A DNA stretch of 64,000 nucleotides, taken from positions 1 through 64,000 of IMG/VR virus record IMGVR_UViG_3300035698_013060. One strand, 5' to 3'. Below are positions 19,098 to 29,279 of this stretch, piece by piece. The stretch's first letter is position 1, and each line of letters starts with the position of its first letter. Below the pieces are notes generated by a model. The model searched no databases and was not told where the DNA came from. It saw nothing but the letters and a program-made list of their open reading frames with translations. A program made the translations under genes and the position numbers.

Positions 19098-19940
19098 ATG
19101 GCAGTTGAAATGACAGAGAATATGATAGATCAGATGCTTGGAAGAGAAGTCGATGAAAGCGCCTTCTTCAAAGTAGCTGAAGGCAATGACGAAGAAATGG
19201 GGCTTTCCATAGGGCTTCTCTACCGAACTTTTCTCAAGGAGCAGATCGAAACTGAGATCATCGAAGCAACGGTAGAAACTCCTCCAAAAGATTTCCTCAC
19301 CCAGATCACTGAGAGGATTGATCTGATCCGTATCAAGGCGGAACAAGAGGAAGAGGATGTCAATATTGACGAGATCGATGGAGAGTATCGTGCCCTATTG
19401 GTAGACGTAGTAGAGGCGCTAGAGAAGCGTTTCGATTTCGACTTCTCAGCTGGGACAGAAATGACTGCTGAAGACATGGACCTGTCGGACTTAGAGTCCA
19501 GGGTCTCTGGTCTCTACGAGTTCTTCGTCGTCAAGCGTATCAAGAACATGGTTACGTTTTTCCAGAAGTTCATCTTTTCCAATAGGAAGGTCTTGGCACG
19601 AGAGTACCGACCCCGCTTGGAGAACAAGAAGGACTTTTCTCTTACCTCCTTGAAGGAGACATTCAAGAACTTTGATGATGTCGTAGTGATGTATTTCCTC
19701 AAGGATATCATGGTCGATGCCGTCGAATCTGGATTACCATTTTCTGACTTGATTTCTCTTCTTGAGACCGAGAATGAAGGAGAGATATCGTTGGTGGTTG
19801 CTAAAGGAGCTATCGACGGAGAAGAGAGCGATGTAGTGAGGAATTACTTAGCTCCCATCGTGAATGACGACGAAGTTCTACAAGCCATAACGGCTAAGGT
19901 AAGAATGGAGCTCATCGAGGACCTCCCGAAGAAAGACTAG
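19098..19940 (+). CDS. Hypothetical acidic protein
   Basis: 280-aa ORF, GGAGG RBS. Confidence 0.8.
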   Translation: MAVEMTENMIDQMLGREVDESAFFKVAEGNDEEMGLSIGLLYRTFLKEQIETEIIEATVETPPKDFLTQITERIDLIRIKAEQEEEDVNIDEIDGEYRALLVDVVEALEKRFDFDFSAGTEMTAEDMDLSDLESRVSGLYEFFVVKRIKNMVTFFQKFIFSNRKVLAREYRPRLENKKDFSLTSLKETFKNFDDVVVMYFLKDIMVDAVESGLPFSDLISLLETENEGEISLVVAKGAIDGEESDVVRNYLAPIVNDDEVLQAITAKVRMELIEDLPKKD

Positions 19941-19955
19941 AACCAGGAGCCAGAC

Positions 19956-20699
19956 ATGGACGACACAAGAAAAACGGACATTGAAGACTCGGACCTGACA
20001 CTCATCGAGCATCCAGGAGCTGGAGGAGTGATAAGTCATCCAACAGCGTTGTCGGGACCAAAAGGAGAACTCACCGTATCAGACTCGATACCGGCGATAT
20101 CCGATCTTGACATGATGAGTATGGGGGTTTCGGACGAGACTGAGCAAGCCATGCGGGGAGGTCGAGATATTGCCAAGGAGCTTTCTCTCAATAACATCAG
20201 CAAAAGTCTCGTTGAAAAGATCAACGCCGCTATTGTTGTCGCTGAGAAAGAGGGAGCCCCGGAAGACAAAATTGAGAGGCTCAGACAGTCCAAGCGGCAA
20301 TTCGAAGCTGTTTCCACACTAGGGCCACTCAGAGACCACATCGTAGCGAGGGGTTCCAAGTATGATAAGATGAATGATGTTCAGAAGGCTAGACGACTGA
20401 AGAGTTTGACGTCCAAGGCCACCAAGAAGCTGAAAGATGACAAAGAAAATCGTTATCTTCCAGTCCATACATCTTGTCGACACCTGAAGGGTTCTCTCCC
20501 CAAAGGTCGGGAGCACTATGCAGATGAGTTCATCGAGAGGTTTTCTGACTTCATCTGTCGTAGGAAGCTTAAGGAATGGGCGGTCTTCATCTCCCAGACC
20601 TTGAACAACCTACACAGACTGAGAAAACCATTCCCAACCAACGGTGACTTTGTTCAGCTGGTTATCGACGTCATCGAGGGTAATGAGACTAGCGAGTGA
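19956..20699 (+). CDS. Hypothetical protein
   Basis: 247-aa ORF, AGGAG RBS. Confidence 0.8.
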   Translation: MDDTRKTDIEDSDLTLIEHPGAGGVISHPTALSGPKGELTVSDSIPAISDLDMMSMGVSDETEQAMRGGRDIAKELSLNNISKSLVEKINAAIVVAEKEGAPEDKIERLRQSKRQFEAVSTLGPLRDHIVARGSKYDKMNDVQKARRLKSLTSKATKKLKDDKENRYLPVHTSCRHLKGSLPKGREHYADEFIERFSDFICRRKLKEWAVFISQTLNNLHRLRKPFPTNGDFVQLVIDVIEGNETSE

Positions 20700-20841
20700 C
20701 ACAGCACAGAACTCTCTTGAAGATTCTTCTAAATCCCCTTCTCCGAAGACTTGGATGGTCCATCATCTCTGTCATTGGAGAAGGGGAACAATTCATTAAA
20801 TACGAGCTAAGAAGATATCCTGAGAACTGCCGGAGGGTGTA

Positions 20842-21570
20842 ATGAGATTCAAGTTTTTCAAGAAGAGAGACGGTAAGGTCATAGTCAATGCGGCCTCACT
20901 GGAAATACTGGTGCCGAGGGAATACTTCGACACTGACATAGCTGAGATCTCAGGCGACAAGTTAATCGTCTTAGGGATCTTTCGCTTCCGGGTCAGGATG
21001 GATCCGAAAAGTCAACCAACACTGTATACTGTGAACATTCCCAGTCCACTCTCTATACAGTACAGTTCTGAGCATTCTCTCAGAGAAGCTGTTGGGAAAG
21101 ATAAGGACAAAATTCCTTACAGAGTTTTCACACTGGAAAGGGGTGATGTCTTTCTTGAGAGTGAGACCATCGTCACTAGCGCTAAGAACGTTGAGTCTTT
21201 CGTGAAACTTCTTCACTCTGGTAAACTTCCGACAATGGTGTATGCAGACGTCTACCGCCAGTATATGCAGGTACAGGACGATAACGAGACTTCCCTTGGA
21301 GTGTCATCTGCAACATTGGAAGCTATTGTCTCTGAACTGTGTCGGTACGAGAAAGACCATGACATTCCTTTCCGTTTGGCCCTTGCCAAGGCCGGAACTA
21401 CTGAGAGAGATTTCGAAATGGTGACTCTTAAGACCCTCCCTGAGCTCACCAGTACATTTAGTGGGATCTCTTTCGAAAATGTGAACAAGGCGCTCGCGTC
21501 AAGCGTGAATAATAAAAGAAAGAAGAAAAAGGAGAAAATCACTCCCATGGAGGCTGCCATCAGGAGGTAA
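20842..21570 (+). CDS. RNA polymerase beta-prime C-terminal fragment (probably virion RNAP)
   Basis: LEAIVSELCR and TSTFSGISFENVNKAL match beta-prime HxExIVxQM / SxxxxxSFE motifs and the C-terminus of 60977-62821; late promoter at 20787-20798. Confidence 0.75.
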   Translation: MRFKFFKKRDGKVIVNAASLEILVPREYFDTDIAEISGDKLIVLGIFRFRVRMDPKSQPTLYTVNIPSPLSIQYSSEHSLREAVGKDKDKIPYRVFTLERGDVFLESETIVTSAKNVESFVKLLHSGKLPTMVYADVYRQYMQVQDDNETSLGVSSATLEAIVSELCRYEKDHDIPFRLALAKAGTTERDFEMVTLKTLPELTSTFSGISFENVNKALASSVNNKRKKKKEKITPMEAAIRR

Positions 21571-21710
21571 GCTGTCTTAAAAACTATTGGTTTTATGCAT
21601 TTGATGGTCCTTTCAGGCACACCTGCTTGAAAGGGCCTTCCAAACCGCTCAGTACATATTTACGGCAAGGGAAACAAGCGACCTACCCCTTCGAGCGAAT
21701 CAGACTAGTC

Positions 21711-21722
21711 AACAGTAAATTG
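21711..21722 (+). promoter_or_regulatory. Late-class promoter (tail sheath/tube)
   Basis: AACAGTAAATTG. Confidence 0.7.
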
Positions 21723-21787
21723 AGTGATTCCTATTAGCGTCGGCGAGAAGCAAGTGTGAAACCCCAAATTGTGGAGAGAGTTGGATT

Positions 21788-24694
21788 ATGCCTGATCTTT
21801 ACCTTCACCCGTCAGTCACCTCGTACATCACGGACCAGAGCCAGGTCTTTCAGACCGCAGCTGGAGTGACGACCCTGTTCTGCCCTCTGATCAGTCAGAA
21901 GGGTCGGGACAATGTCCTCCAGGTCGTGGACGGTCCCAGTGATGATGATTTCGTGGACAAACATGGAGACCCGGACAGCTCCAAGTACGGCCAAGCCCAG
22001 CTGAATGTTCTTGAGTGGATCAAGGCAGGCGGGACTGTGGTCACAATGCGTGTCCTTCCGGAAGATGCCCTGTACGCGCATGCCATCATTGACCTCCAAA
22101 CCAAGGACGTCGATATCAAGAAGTGGCAATTCTTCGGTATGGACATCCAGAAGGTTGTCCAGAGTGCCGGGAACTATTACTTCTCAGTGATCGAAGAGGA
22201 CGGCAACGAGCTTATCCTCATCACTGCTGAGAAACTCCAGGAATGGTACGACGGCACGGATACGGGAAGCGGCGGTATTTACCTCGACATCCCGATCTAT
22301 GACGACGACGAAGCCATCATTCGTCTCAACGGCGGATATGGTACTGGCGTATTCGGTTCTGGTCCTTACTCGACCACTCCCACCAAGGTGGCAGAAGTCG
22401 ATGAGAGCCGTGTTCTGATTCGTTCCAGGACCAAGAGAGTCGTAGGCGGTGCTGCTTCTGAGTCTGCCATTCTCGCGTACGCCGAATCGATCGACGGCGA
22501 CCTCATCATTGCAGACGGCTTCATGCATCATGCAGTAGGCTACTTCCGGGCCGACGGTCGGGGAGCAGAATACTACAATGAGCTGGAGTTCAAGCTCACT
22601 GCCAACGACGCACTGGACGATACGTACCAGTTCCGCGTGTTCGACCTCGAAGTCTACCACCAGAAAGATGGTGTGAATGTTGTGGTCGAAGGACCGTATC
22701 AGGTCGCTTTCGATGAGACTGCACTGGATCGTAGTGGTGAAAGCATGTTCATCAGTAACGTGCTGGAACGCTATGGAAAGGGTACCACGTTCGTCCTGAT
22801 CGATGACGGTTACGAAGCCCTGTGTGAAGAGCTCAACGCTACCACAGATCCCGCACTTCAGGATCCCTTCTTCCTGAGTGAGAGAAACCTGTACAGCGGC
22901 GTGACCGACATCCATGGTCTCAACGTTCTGTCGAGTGGGCAAACTACCCTCTCCATGGACGTTTCTCCGAACGACGACAAAGCCTACGTCGAAGAGCCCA
23001 ACCTGTTGTACCCTGGTGGCCCGATCGTGGCTGCTGGAGTCGATGCACTTGAGATCGGTTCTGTCATCAATGTCACCACTGGTCGGATTGAGTTCGTTGC
23101 ACCGATCTTCACTGATGAGCTGAAAGCAGTGACTCACGTCTGGGAAGATGCGACTACTGTACTGGCTATCGGTGCGGTTGCAGTACCTACTGACATCGTG
23201 AAGCTTACCTTGGCTTCCATGACGAATAACCTCGGTCGTGGTGTATTTGCAGTTGGCGACTGTCTGTTGGAAGTCAATGACGGCGTGAATGACAGCATCG
23301 TTGAGAACTCTATCACAGCCATCGATCTGACGGCTATGACAGTGACGCTCGGTACGGTCCTGCCGATCGATGCAGGCTACACTATCAACCTCAAACAGGT
23401 GAAGTACGAAGCTGGTGACGTCATCACTGAATCGGCCCTGCCTGAGTTCAGTGAAGCCAACTTGATCAAGAGATCCTTGGATGGCGTGACGTACATGACT
23501 CCCACTGACGCAGATGTGGCAGCAACGGCTCTCTTCATCAGCGTAACTGCTGCGCAAGCCGCGACATTCGTGGTTGGTGGAAGTGTTGAGTTGGAAGTCT
23601 TCCAGAACGGAGTCGATTCCGTGATGGTTGATGCTGAAATCGTCGAGATCGACGAAATCGATGCTGTCGACAGCTACTTGAAGCTGGCAGATGCAGTTGA
23701 CATTCCGGCTGGTGCAGTTAGCGTGTTCACTCCAGGTATCAAGGTCGTACAGACCATGAATGCTGACAGTGACGGTTCGAGTGATGTCAACTTCGATGAG
23801 AGCGTTCCCCTGTCTGGCGGTTCCGTGGGATCTCTGATGACAGCCAATGGCCTAATCGATACCACTGTCCGTGACCAGCTCCTGGTCCAAGCGTACACAG
23901 GTGCGATCAACGAGGAAATCCTCCAGAAGAAGCTGTGGCCCATCGACATGGTTCTCGACGCGAACTACAACAAGTCCGTGAAGGATGCGTGTAACGACTT
24001 TGTCGCCACACTACGTCAGGACTGTGTGTTCTGTGCAGACCTTGGCTTCACAGCCAATCCGCAACAGGCGTTGGATATGAGAGCAACCCTCGGCTACAGC
24101 ACGTTCTTCACAGCGATGTTCTCTCAGGACGCTTCGGTGTTCGATGAGTACATTGGTCGGAACGTCAAGGTCACGGTCCCGTTCTTCATCGCTGGTAAGG
24201 TTCCGCTCAATGACAAGAATAACGGCTTGCACTGGCCCTTCGTCGGTCCCCGGCGTGGAGTCATCAGCGGCTTCGAGAACTTGTCATGGAATCCGACAGA
24301 CCAGTGGCAGGAACGTCTGTACCGCAAGCAGGTGAACTATGTCAAGAAGGACCCGAGACGGACGATGCTGTATGGACAGCTGACTTCGCAGACGGTCACG
24401 TCGGCCTTGTCAGACCTCAACCACGTTCGCGCTCTTCTCCGGATGCAGCGTGAGGTCGAGGAAATGATGGAGGACTACAACTTCGAGTTCATCTCGGACG
24501 CGACCCTCGGTACCATGAACTACAACCTGAACAACTATCTCGCCAAGTGGCGTGACAATGGTGCTTGCAGCTCCATCAGTGGTCAGGTGTATTCTTCGGA
24601 CTACGACAGGAAGCAGAAGACTGCGCGTGTGAGAATCGAGATGGTCTTCACGGCCGTCCTGGAACGCGTCATCATCAACTTCGTCGTCAAGTAA
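21788..24694 (+). CDS. Contractile tail sheath protein
   Basis: YLHPSVTSYI N-terminus; C-terminal RQDCVFCAD, WPFVGPRRGVI, SALSDLNHVRAL, FEFI...LERVIINFVV; large acidic beta-rich insertion. Confidence 0.93.
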   Translation: MPDLYLHPSVTSYITDQSQVFQTAAGVTTLFCPLISQKGRDNVLQVVDGPSDDDFVDKHGDPDSSKYGQAQLNVLEWIKAGGTVVTMRVLPEDALYAHAIIDLQTKDVDIKKWQFFGMDIQKVVQSAGNYYFSVIEEDGNELILITAEKLQEWYDGTDTGSGGIYLDIPIYDDDEAIIRLNGGYGTGVFGSGPYSTTPTKVAEVDESRVLIRSRTKRVVGGAASESAILAYAESIDGDLIIADGFMHHAVGYFRADGRGAEYYNELEFKLTANDALDDTYQFRVFDLEVYHQKDGVNVVVEGPYQVAFDETALDRSGESMFISNVLERYGKGTTFVLIDDGYEALCEELNATTDPALQDPFFLSERNLYSGVTDIHGLNVLSSGQTTLSMDVSPNDDKAYVEEPNLLYPGGPIVAAGVDALEIGSVINVTTGRIEFVAPIFTDELKAVTHVWEDATTVLAIGAVAVPTDIVKLTLASMTNNLGRGVFAVGDCLLEVNDGVNDSIVENSITAIDLTAMTVTLGTVLPIDAGYTINLKQVKYEAGDVITESALPEFSEANLIKRSLDGVTYMTPTDADVAATALFISVTAAQAATFVVGGSVELEVFQNGVDSVMVDAEIVEIDEIDAVDSYLKLADAVDIPAGAVSVFTPGIKVVQTMNADSDGSSDVNFDESVPLSGGSVGSLMTANGLIDTTVRDQLLVQAYTGAINEEILQKKLWPIDMVLDANYNKSVKDACNDFVATLRQDCVFCADLGFTANPQQALDMRATLGYSTFFTAMFSQDASVFDEYIGRNVKVTVPFFIAGKVPLNDKNNGLHWPFVGPRRGVISGFENLSWNPTDQWQERLYRKQVNYVKKDPRRTMLYGQLTSQTVTSALSDLNHVRALLRMQREVEEMMEDYNFEFISDATLGTMNYNLNNYLAKWRDNGACSSISGQVYSSDYDRKQKTARVRIEMVFTAVLERVIINFVVK

Positions 24695-24804
24695 GGAATT
24701 TTCAGAGTTGCTTCCACCGGGTTGGGTATGGAACCCTTCCCGGAGGGAGTTGCGATGACTAGGGCACAAAGAGACTGAATGAGAACGAAAGGGAGTAGAG
24801 TATC

Positions 24805-25575
24805 ATGAGCATTGTCAGACCCGGCGAGGGCATGAATAGTGGCTCCGAGGAAATTTACGCGGAAGCCAATTCAGCCCAGGAAAACTTCTACACTGGTGGG
24901 TTCAACAGCGACGTGCTGTACTTCGATCCCCTACTGGTGGGAATGGCGTTCATCGTTTGGACGCGGTTTCCTTCATGGGTGACCGATGAGTATCCCAACA
25001 TCAAACTTCTGACCCAGAAGAATTTTGCGGGCTTTGATGGCCTGGCAGATCTCGAAATCACTCCGGCCGATGTGACCGAAGGATTCGCGACGAATGCCTA
25101 TCAGATCGCTCAGAACATGGGTCCGAAGCCGAACAACTTCACCCTGCGGCACCTGGAGTACTCCGGGAGTCCTATCAAGAATGCGTACCAGCACTGGGTC
25201 ACTGGCATCCGGGATCCCGAGACCGGCATTGCCACGTATCCCAAGCAGTACGGCATGGATTACCGGGCCAAGAACCACACCGGTGAGCTCATGTACATCG
25301 TCACGCGTCCGGATGCGGACAACCTCGAGAAAAAGATCATCGAGTTCGCGTGCTACTGGACTGCAGTGTTCCCCCGGCGGATTCCGCTGGCTCACTTCGT
25401 CTACACCAAGGGTACGCAGAACGCGCCGGTCGAGATCGAGCAACCGTTCTCTGGTGTGATGCACATCAGTTCCAAGGTCGACGAGGCTGCGGTGCAGCTG
25501 TTGAAGAACAGTCAGCATGGTTTCGACTTCCGCGAGGAAAATGAGTACGAGGCGCCAAACGCCGTCAACGCTTAA
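24805..25575 (+). CDS. Tail tube protein
   Basis: Immediately after the sheath; EYSGSPI...WVTGIRDPETG, YIVTRPD, YWTAVFP typical of jumbo-phage tubes. Confidence 0.85.
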   Translation: MSIVRPGEGMNSGSEEIYAEANSAQENFYTGGFNSDVLYFDPLLVGMAFIVWTRFPSWVTDEYPNIKLLTQKNFAGFDGLADLEITPADVTEGFATNAYQIAQNMGPKPNNFTLRHLEYSGSPIKNAYQHWVTGIRDPETGIATYPKQYGMDYRAKNHTGELMYIVTRPDADNLEKKIIEFACYWTAVFPRRIPLAHFVYTKGTQNAPVEIEQPFSGVMHISSKVDEAAVQLLKNSQHGFDFREENEYEAPNAVNA

Positions 25576-25610
25576 TCTCTGAGCCCAAGCCGGACTGAGA
25601 TGACAAATGA

Positions 25611-25651
25611 TTCCCCTATCCCGTTGCCCTCGGGATAGGGGGATTTATTTT
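25611..25651 (+). terminator. Terminator after tail tube
   Basis: TCCCCTATCCCG/CGGGATAGGGGG followed by T tract. Confidence 0.8.
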
Positions 25652-25724
25652 CTCTAAGAAGAATAAGAGACAGGAGAACCCGAAGGTTCTCCTGCCAATC
25701 CGTCCATTGTAACGGTTTTATACG

Positions 25725-28160
25725 TTAGAACTCTTCGTCTTCTCCGTCTTTTCTATCGAGAGTCTTCTTAGCTTTTTTCTCCTCGACTTCCTTGAGAATC
25801 TTCTCAACCTTGTCCCATGGGATAGTGGTCATGAGTTCCTTAGCCATGGCTAACCTGAAGTATCTAACCTTGGCTTCGTCATTGTCTCCAACGGTCAAGG
25901 ATACCAAGAAGTCCATCACTATAGACATGTTGTTAATCTGGTCACTCAAGTTAGTGACATTCAAAGAAGCTGGCGGAGGGAATCTGACGAAGAGCTTATA
26001 GATGTCGATGAGAACGACGGCGTCATTGCTATCAACTTTCTTTTCAATCTTCTCAGCTTCAGTCTTCTTGGTTTTCTTTTTCTTCTCTTTGTCAGTACTT
26101 TCCTGAGCTTCAATATCGCCGTACTCATTCCGGTACAGGATTTGAATCAAGATGGAGAACTGTTCACCATAGTTCTGCTGACGTCTAACGACGGAGCGTA
26201 GAAACTTGGCATTCTCCATGGTCAGGGACCTAGCGAACTGCACGGCTTCCGAGTCGGCAATGAACGCATGCGGGATGCCAGTCCCAGCCGTCAGCGCCTT
26301 CATCAACCATTCCATGAACTCGTCCTGCATCTGCGGCGAGTTCTCTTCAATGGTCTCCACGTCCACTGGCTTCTCCGAAGAGACGACAGGAACGAAGATG
26401 TCGTTGAATGACCCAATGAGGGCCAGAAGATGGTTGATAGACGACGAAGCAATATCGTCAAAGGTCAACTCCTTGGACCTAAGGTCCCGTATAAAGGTGT
26501 TGACTGCCGCTCCTTCATCGTTATCCAAACCTGTCTCGATGTAGAAAATCCGCTTGGATGGAGCCCTAACGAGTCTGTGCATCAAGGTTGCAGTCAGGAT
26601 GGAGATGTAGAGCTTTGCCGTGAACAGAATGGACTGGAACAAGGAGTCGTAGTAGACACCTTCACCTGTATCGTCACCGAAGTGAACACATTCGTTCGGG
26701 GTCAGGTACGTAACCCTAACCTTCTTACGAATCAGGTAATCCTGTTGGAGAAGGTTATAGATGACATCAGCGAACTGCTTGTTCTTCTCCAGGACATCGC
26801 GGTTTAGCCTCTTGGCGATTCCTTTGATAAAGAGCTTGTGAATGAAATTCTGCTTGGCAGCTTGGACCTTGTTGGTATTACTCCGACCAACGAGGGCATC
26901 CCATGTACTACCAGCGTTGACTGTATTCCGGATAAGGTATTCACCAGAGTCGACGCCCTCAGAACAAGGTTCGAAATACAAGTAGCCGTAACAGACGTCA
27001 TTGACCTCGAGCTTAACTACCCTCTCAGGCATAAGGGTTCTAAGCACAGATCCAGCTACTTCGACCGGCTTACCGTCTTTGTCCTTCTTCTTGTTCTTAG
27101 GATCGAACGGATTATGAAGAAGAGTGCTCTTCTCTTCGTCCTTTTCTCCAAGATTCCTAGCATCTTCAGAAGCTTCAGCAAGGAAAAGACTGGAATTGTT
27201 TGCCACTAGGAGATTACTGTTCAGGCCATCGATAGTAGCTTTAATAACATCTTCCGAAAAGCCATTAATCTCAGTTTTACCTTTTTCCGATTCTTTCTTT
27301 GCCTTTTCATCTTCTTCTTCGTCGATGTCGAAAGCCTCATCAATGGCTTTCTCAAAACCTTCCATCACTTTGACGAATGCGCCTTCTGTCAGTCTGTTCT
27401 GTTTGAAGATTCTGGCGTTTTCCGGATCCCAAAGAGAATCACCCTCGAATGCCGCCGAGTCTACACCATCTTCAGATAGAAGTTTGGTCAGTTCCTTCTT
27501 GAGAGAAATGACTGCGAGGAAGTAATCCCCGTCTATCAAAGAGTTCCTGAGAATCTTTCTGGCGCGTTTGCTCAGACTGTACTTGGTATCCAGAAATTTC
27601 AGGTTAGTTTGAGTCCTGTCCCGATCGCTTTCCTCAAGTTCCTCTCCCTCATATCCGTAGGTGAGAGAAATCTTAGTGAAGTCGTCCGGACTCATAATGT
27701 TGTCGACATAGGTATCAACAGCTTGGGACATCTGTGGAATCATGTCCTTAATCCGACGGTAATCATGATAGAGAGCAACTCTTTCGCTCTCTGCTATCAA
27801 AAGCTTGTTCAGTCCCTTGACTTCAGCTTTCTCCACAAGCTTCTGGATGTCGACGAGGTTCTTAGCCCCATCAGGATCTAGCTTCCCATTGACCGGGTCA
27901 TTGGCCTTCTGAATCGTGACAGCTGAGAAGAATTCACAAATGTCAGATCCGACTGCATCTTTGATCCGACTGGAGGCTCTGTTGATAGCCGTCCTAATGT
28001 CCCGATCATCCTTCCTGTTTTGTTCCAGGAACTTCTCGTCCATCCCTAGGATAGATGACGTTGTCATTCGCCTAAGTGAACTCAGGCTCTTGAATTCAAC
28101 GCCGAACAGGCCCTTACCCGGACCTTTCGGTTTCTTTTTCTCTTCGGTGGTCACTGCCAT
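25725..28160 (-). CDS. Portal protein (T4 gp20-like)
   Basis: AVDTYVDNI, RNSLIDGDYF, HRLVRAPSKRIFYIETG (gp20 RAPERRxFYIDVG), TGIPHAFI. Confidence 0.9.
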   Translation of the reverse strand: MAVTTEEKKKPKGPGKGLFGVEFKSLSSLRRMTTSSILGMDEKFLEQNRKDDRDIRTAINRASSRIKDAVGSDICEFFSAVTIQKANDPVNGKLDPDGAKNLVDIQKLVEKAEVKGLNKLLIAESERVALYHDYRRIKDMIPQMSQAVDTYVDNIMSPDDFTKISLTYGYEGEELEESDRDRTQTNLKFLDTKYSLSKRARKILRNSLIDGDYFLAVISLKKELTKLLSEDGVDSAAFEGDSLWDPENARIFKQNRLTEGAFVKVMEGFEKAIDEAFDIDEEEDEKAKKESEKGKTEINGFSEDVIKATIDGLNSNLLVANNSSLFLAEASEDARNLGEKDEEKSTLLHNPFDPKNKKKDKDGKPVEVAGSVLRTLMPERVVKLEVNDVCYGYLYFEPCSEGVDSGEYLIRNTVNAGSTWDALVGRSNTNKVQAAKQNFIHKLFIKGIAKRLNRDVLEKNKQFADVIYNLLQQDYLIRKKVRVTYLTPNECVHFGDDTGEGVYYDSLFQSILFTAKLYISILTATLMHRLVRAPSKRIFYIETGLDNDEGAAVNTFIRDLRSKELTFDDIASSSINHLLALIGSFNDIFVPVVSSEKPVDVETIEENSPQMQDEFMEWLMKALTAGTGIPHAFIADSEAVQFARSLTMENAKFLRSVVRRQQNYGEQFSILIQILYRNEYGDIEAQESTDKEKKKKTKKTEAEKIEKKVDSNDAVVLIDIYKLFVRFPPPASLNVTNLSDQINNMSIVMDFLVSLTVGDNDEAKVRYFRLAMAKELMTTIPWDKVEKILKEVEEKKAKKTLDRKDGEDEEF

Positions 28161-28171
28161 GGTTTTTATCC

Positions 28172-29269
28172 CTAGATGTCGGTGCTGGTTACTTTCAACC
28201 TACTCGCGGACTCGGAGCGGATAAGAGCCGCCATGTTCACGAGAGCTTCGAGCTTTCCTCTCAGCACTGTTATTCCGTTCTCTATATCACTGACCTGCTG
28301 CGTTGACAACGTCCCATCAGTTAGAGAAACGATTTTGTAGAACAGCAGAAATCTGTTAAGCGCCCTAGAAGGGGCATGTTCAAAGCTCTCATCTCCTATG
28401 AATGTCGAGATGTCAGCTATCGTTTGACTAAACTCGTCAATGGTATCATCACTGTTCTCTACCATAAGAGCGACAACCTCATCAAGGACGTTCCTAGTGT
28501 TCCTATAAGGGAAGAACCAATCCAGGGCACTAGATGAGACCGCTGAGTCAGAGTCAACCTTGGAAAAGAGCGATGGTGACGAGATACAAAGGCGACTGAC
28601 AAGATTGTTCTCTAGCACTGGGAGAAAGTATGAGAATAGCCTTTCGTAAGCATTTGCGAAGGCCAACTTCATTCCCGCGTCAATGATAGGGTTCCCCGAA
28701 TCAGTCATGGCAATGTCCCCGTCGAGCGGGAATACATCTCTAACGTCTGTTGCTGATATGTCTGTGAAGTCGTCGGAAGCGAGGATTTCAGGAAGAACCT
28801 CAGTCTCGAAGGCGTCGTCGAACTCAGTAGAGTCAACGTAGGACCGATAGCTTCTCCGTGTCATGAAGAACTCGTACCTCAATCCGTGGTTAGAAGAAGG
28901 TTTCTGTGGATTTCCTGAAGAGAGAGCATCAGCTTCGTCAGCTGTGTCTCCAAGATTGATACCAGTATCGGTGAATACAAAGTTTTTCTTGACTAGATCC
29001 CCAGCTTGGTGTACCATGAGGAAATTCCTGGAGAGGACTTCCTCGATGAACAAGTCTACGGTAGCTTGATCTAGAGTATTGAGTCCAGCTAAATCTTCCA
29101 TACTGATCAGTTCCAGAAGAAGACAGTTTGTCAACGGGATAAAAGAATCCCTAGACAAATTAGCCAGTCTCGACATCTGGGTATACTCTCCAGGACGAGT
29201 CTTGCTTTCGAAGAAATCTTGTACTTCCTGCGCTGTAAAGAGCGAGGAGCTTGTTATGTCTACACTCAC
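28172..29269 (-). CDS. Hypothetical (likely virion structural) protein
   Basis: 365-aa acidic ORF in the late operon with the portal. Confidence 0.75.
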   Translation of the reverse strand: MSVDITSSSLFTAQEVQDFFESKTRPGEYTQMSRLANLSRDSFIPLTNCLLLELISMEDLAGLNTLDQATVDLFIEEVLSRNFLMVHQAGDLVKKNFVFTDTGINLGDTADEADALSSGNPQKPSSNHGLRYEFFMTRRSYRSYVDSTEFDDAFETEVLPEILASDDFTDISATDVRDVFPLDGDIAMTDSGNPIIDAGMKLAFANAYERLFSYFLPVLENNLVSRLCISSPSLFSKVDSDSAVSSSALDWFFPYRNTRNVLDEVVALMVENSDDTIDEFSQTIADISTFIGDESFEHAPSRALNRFLLFYKIVSLTDGTLSTQQVSDIENGITVLRGKLEALVNMAALIRSESASRLKVTSTDI

Positions 29270-29279
29270 GTCTTCCTCC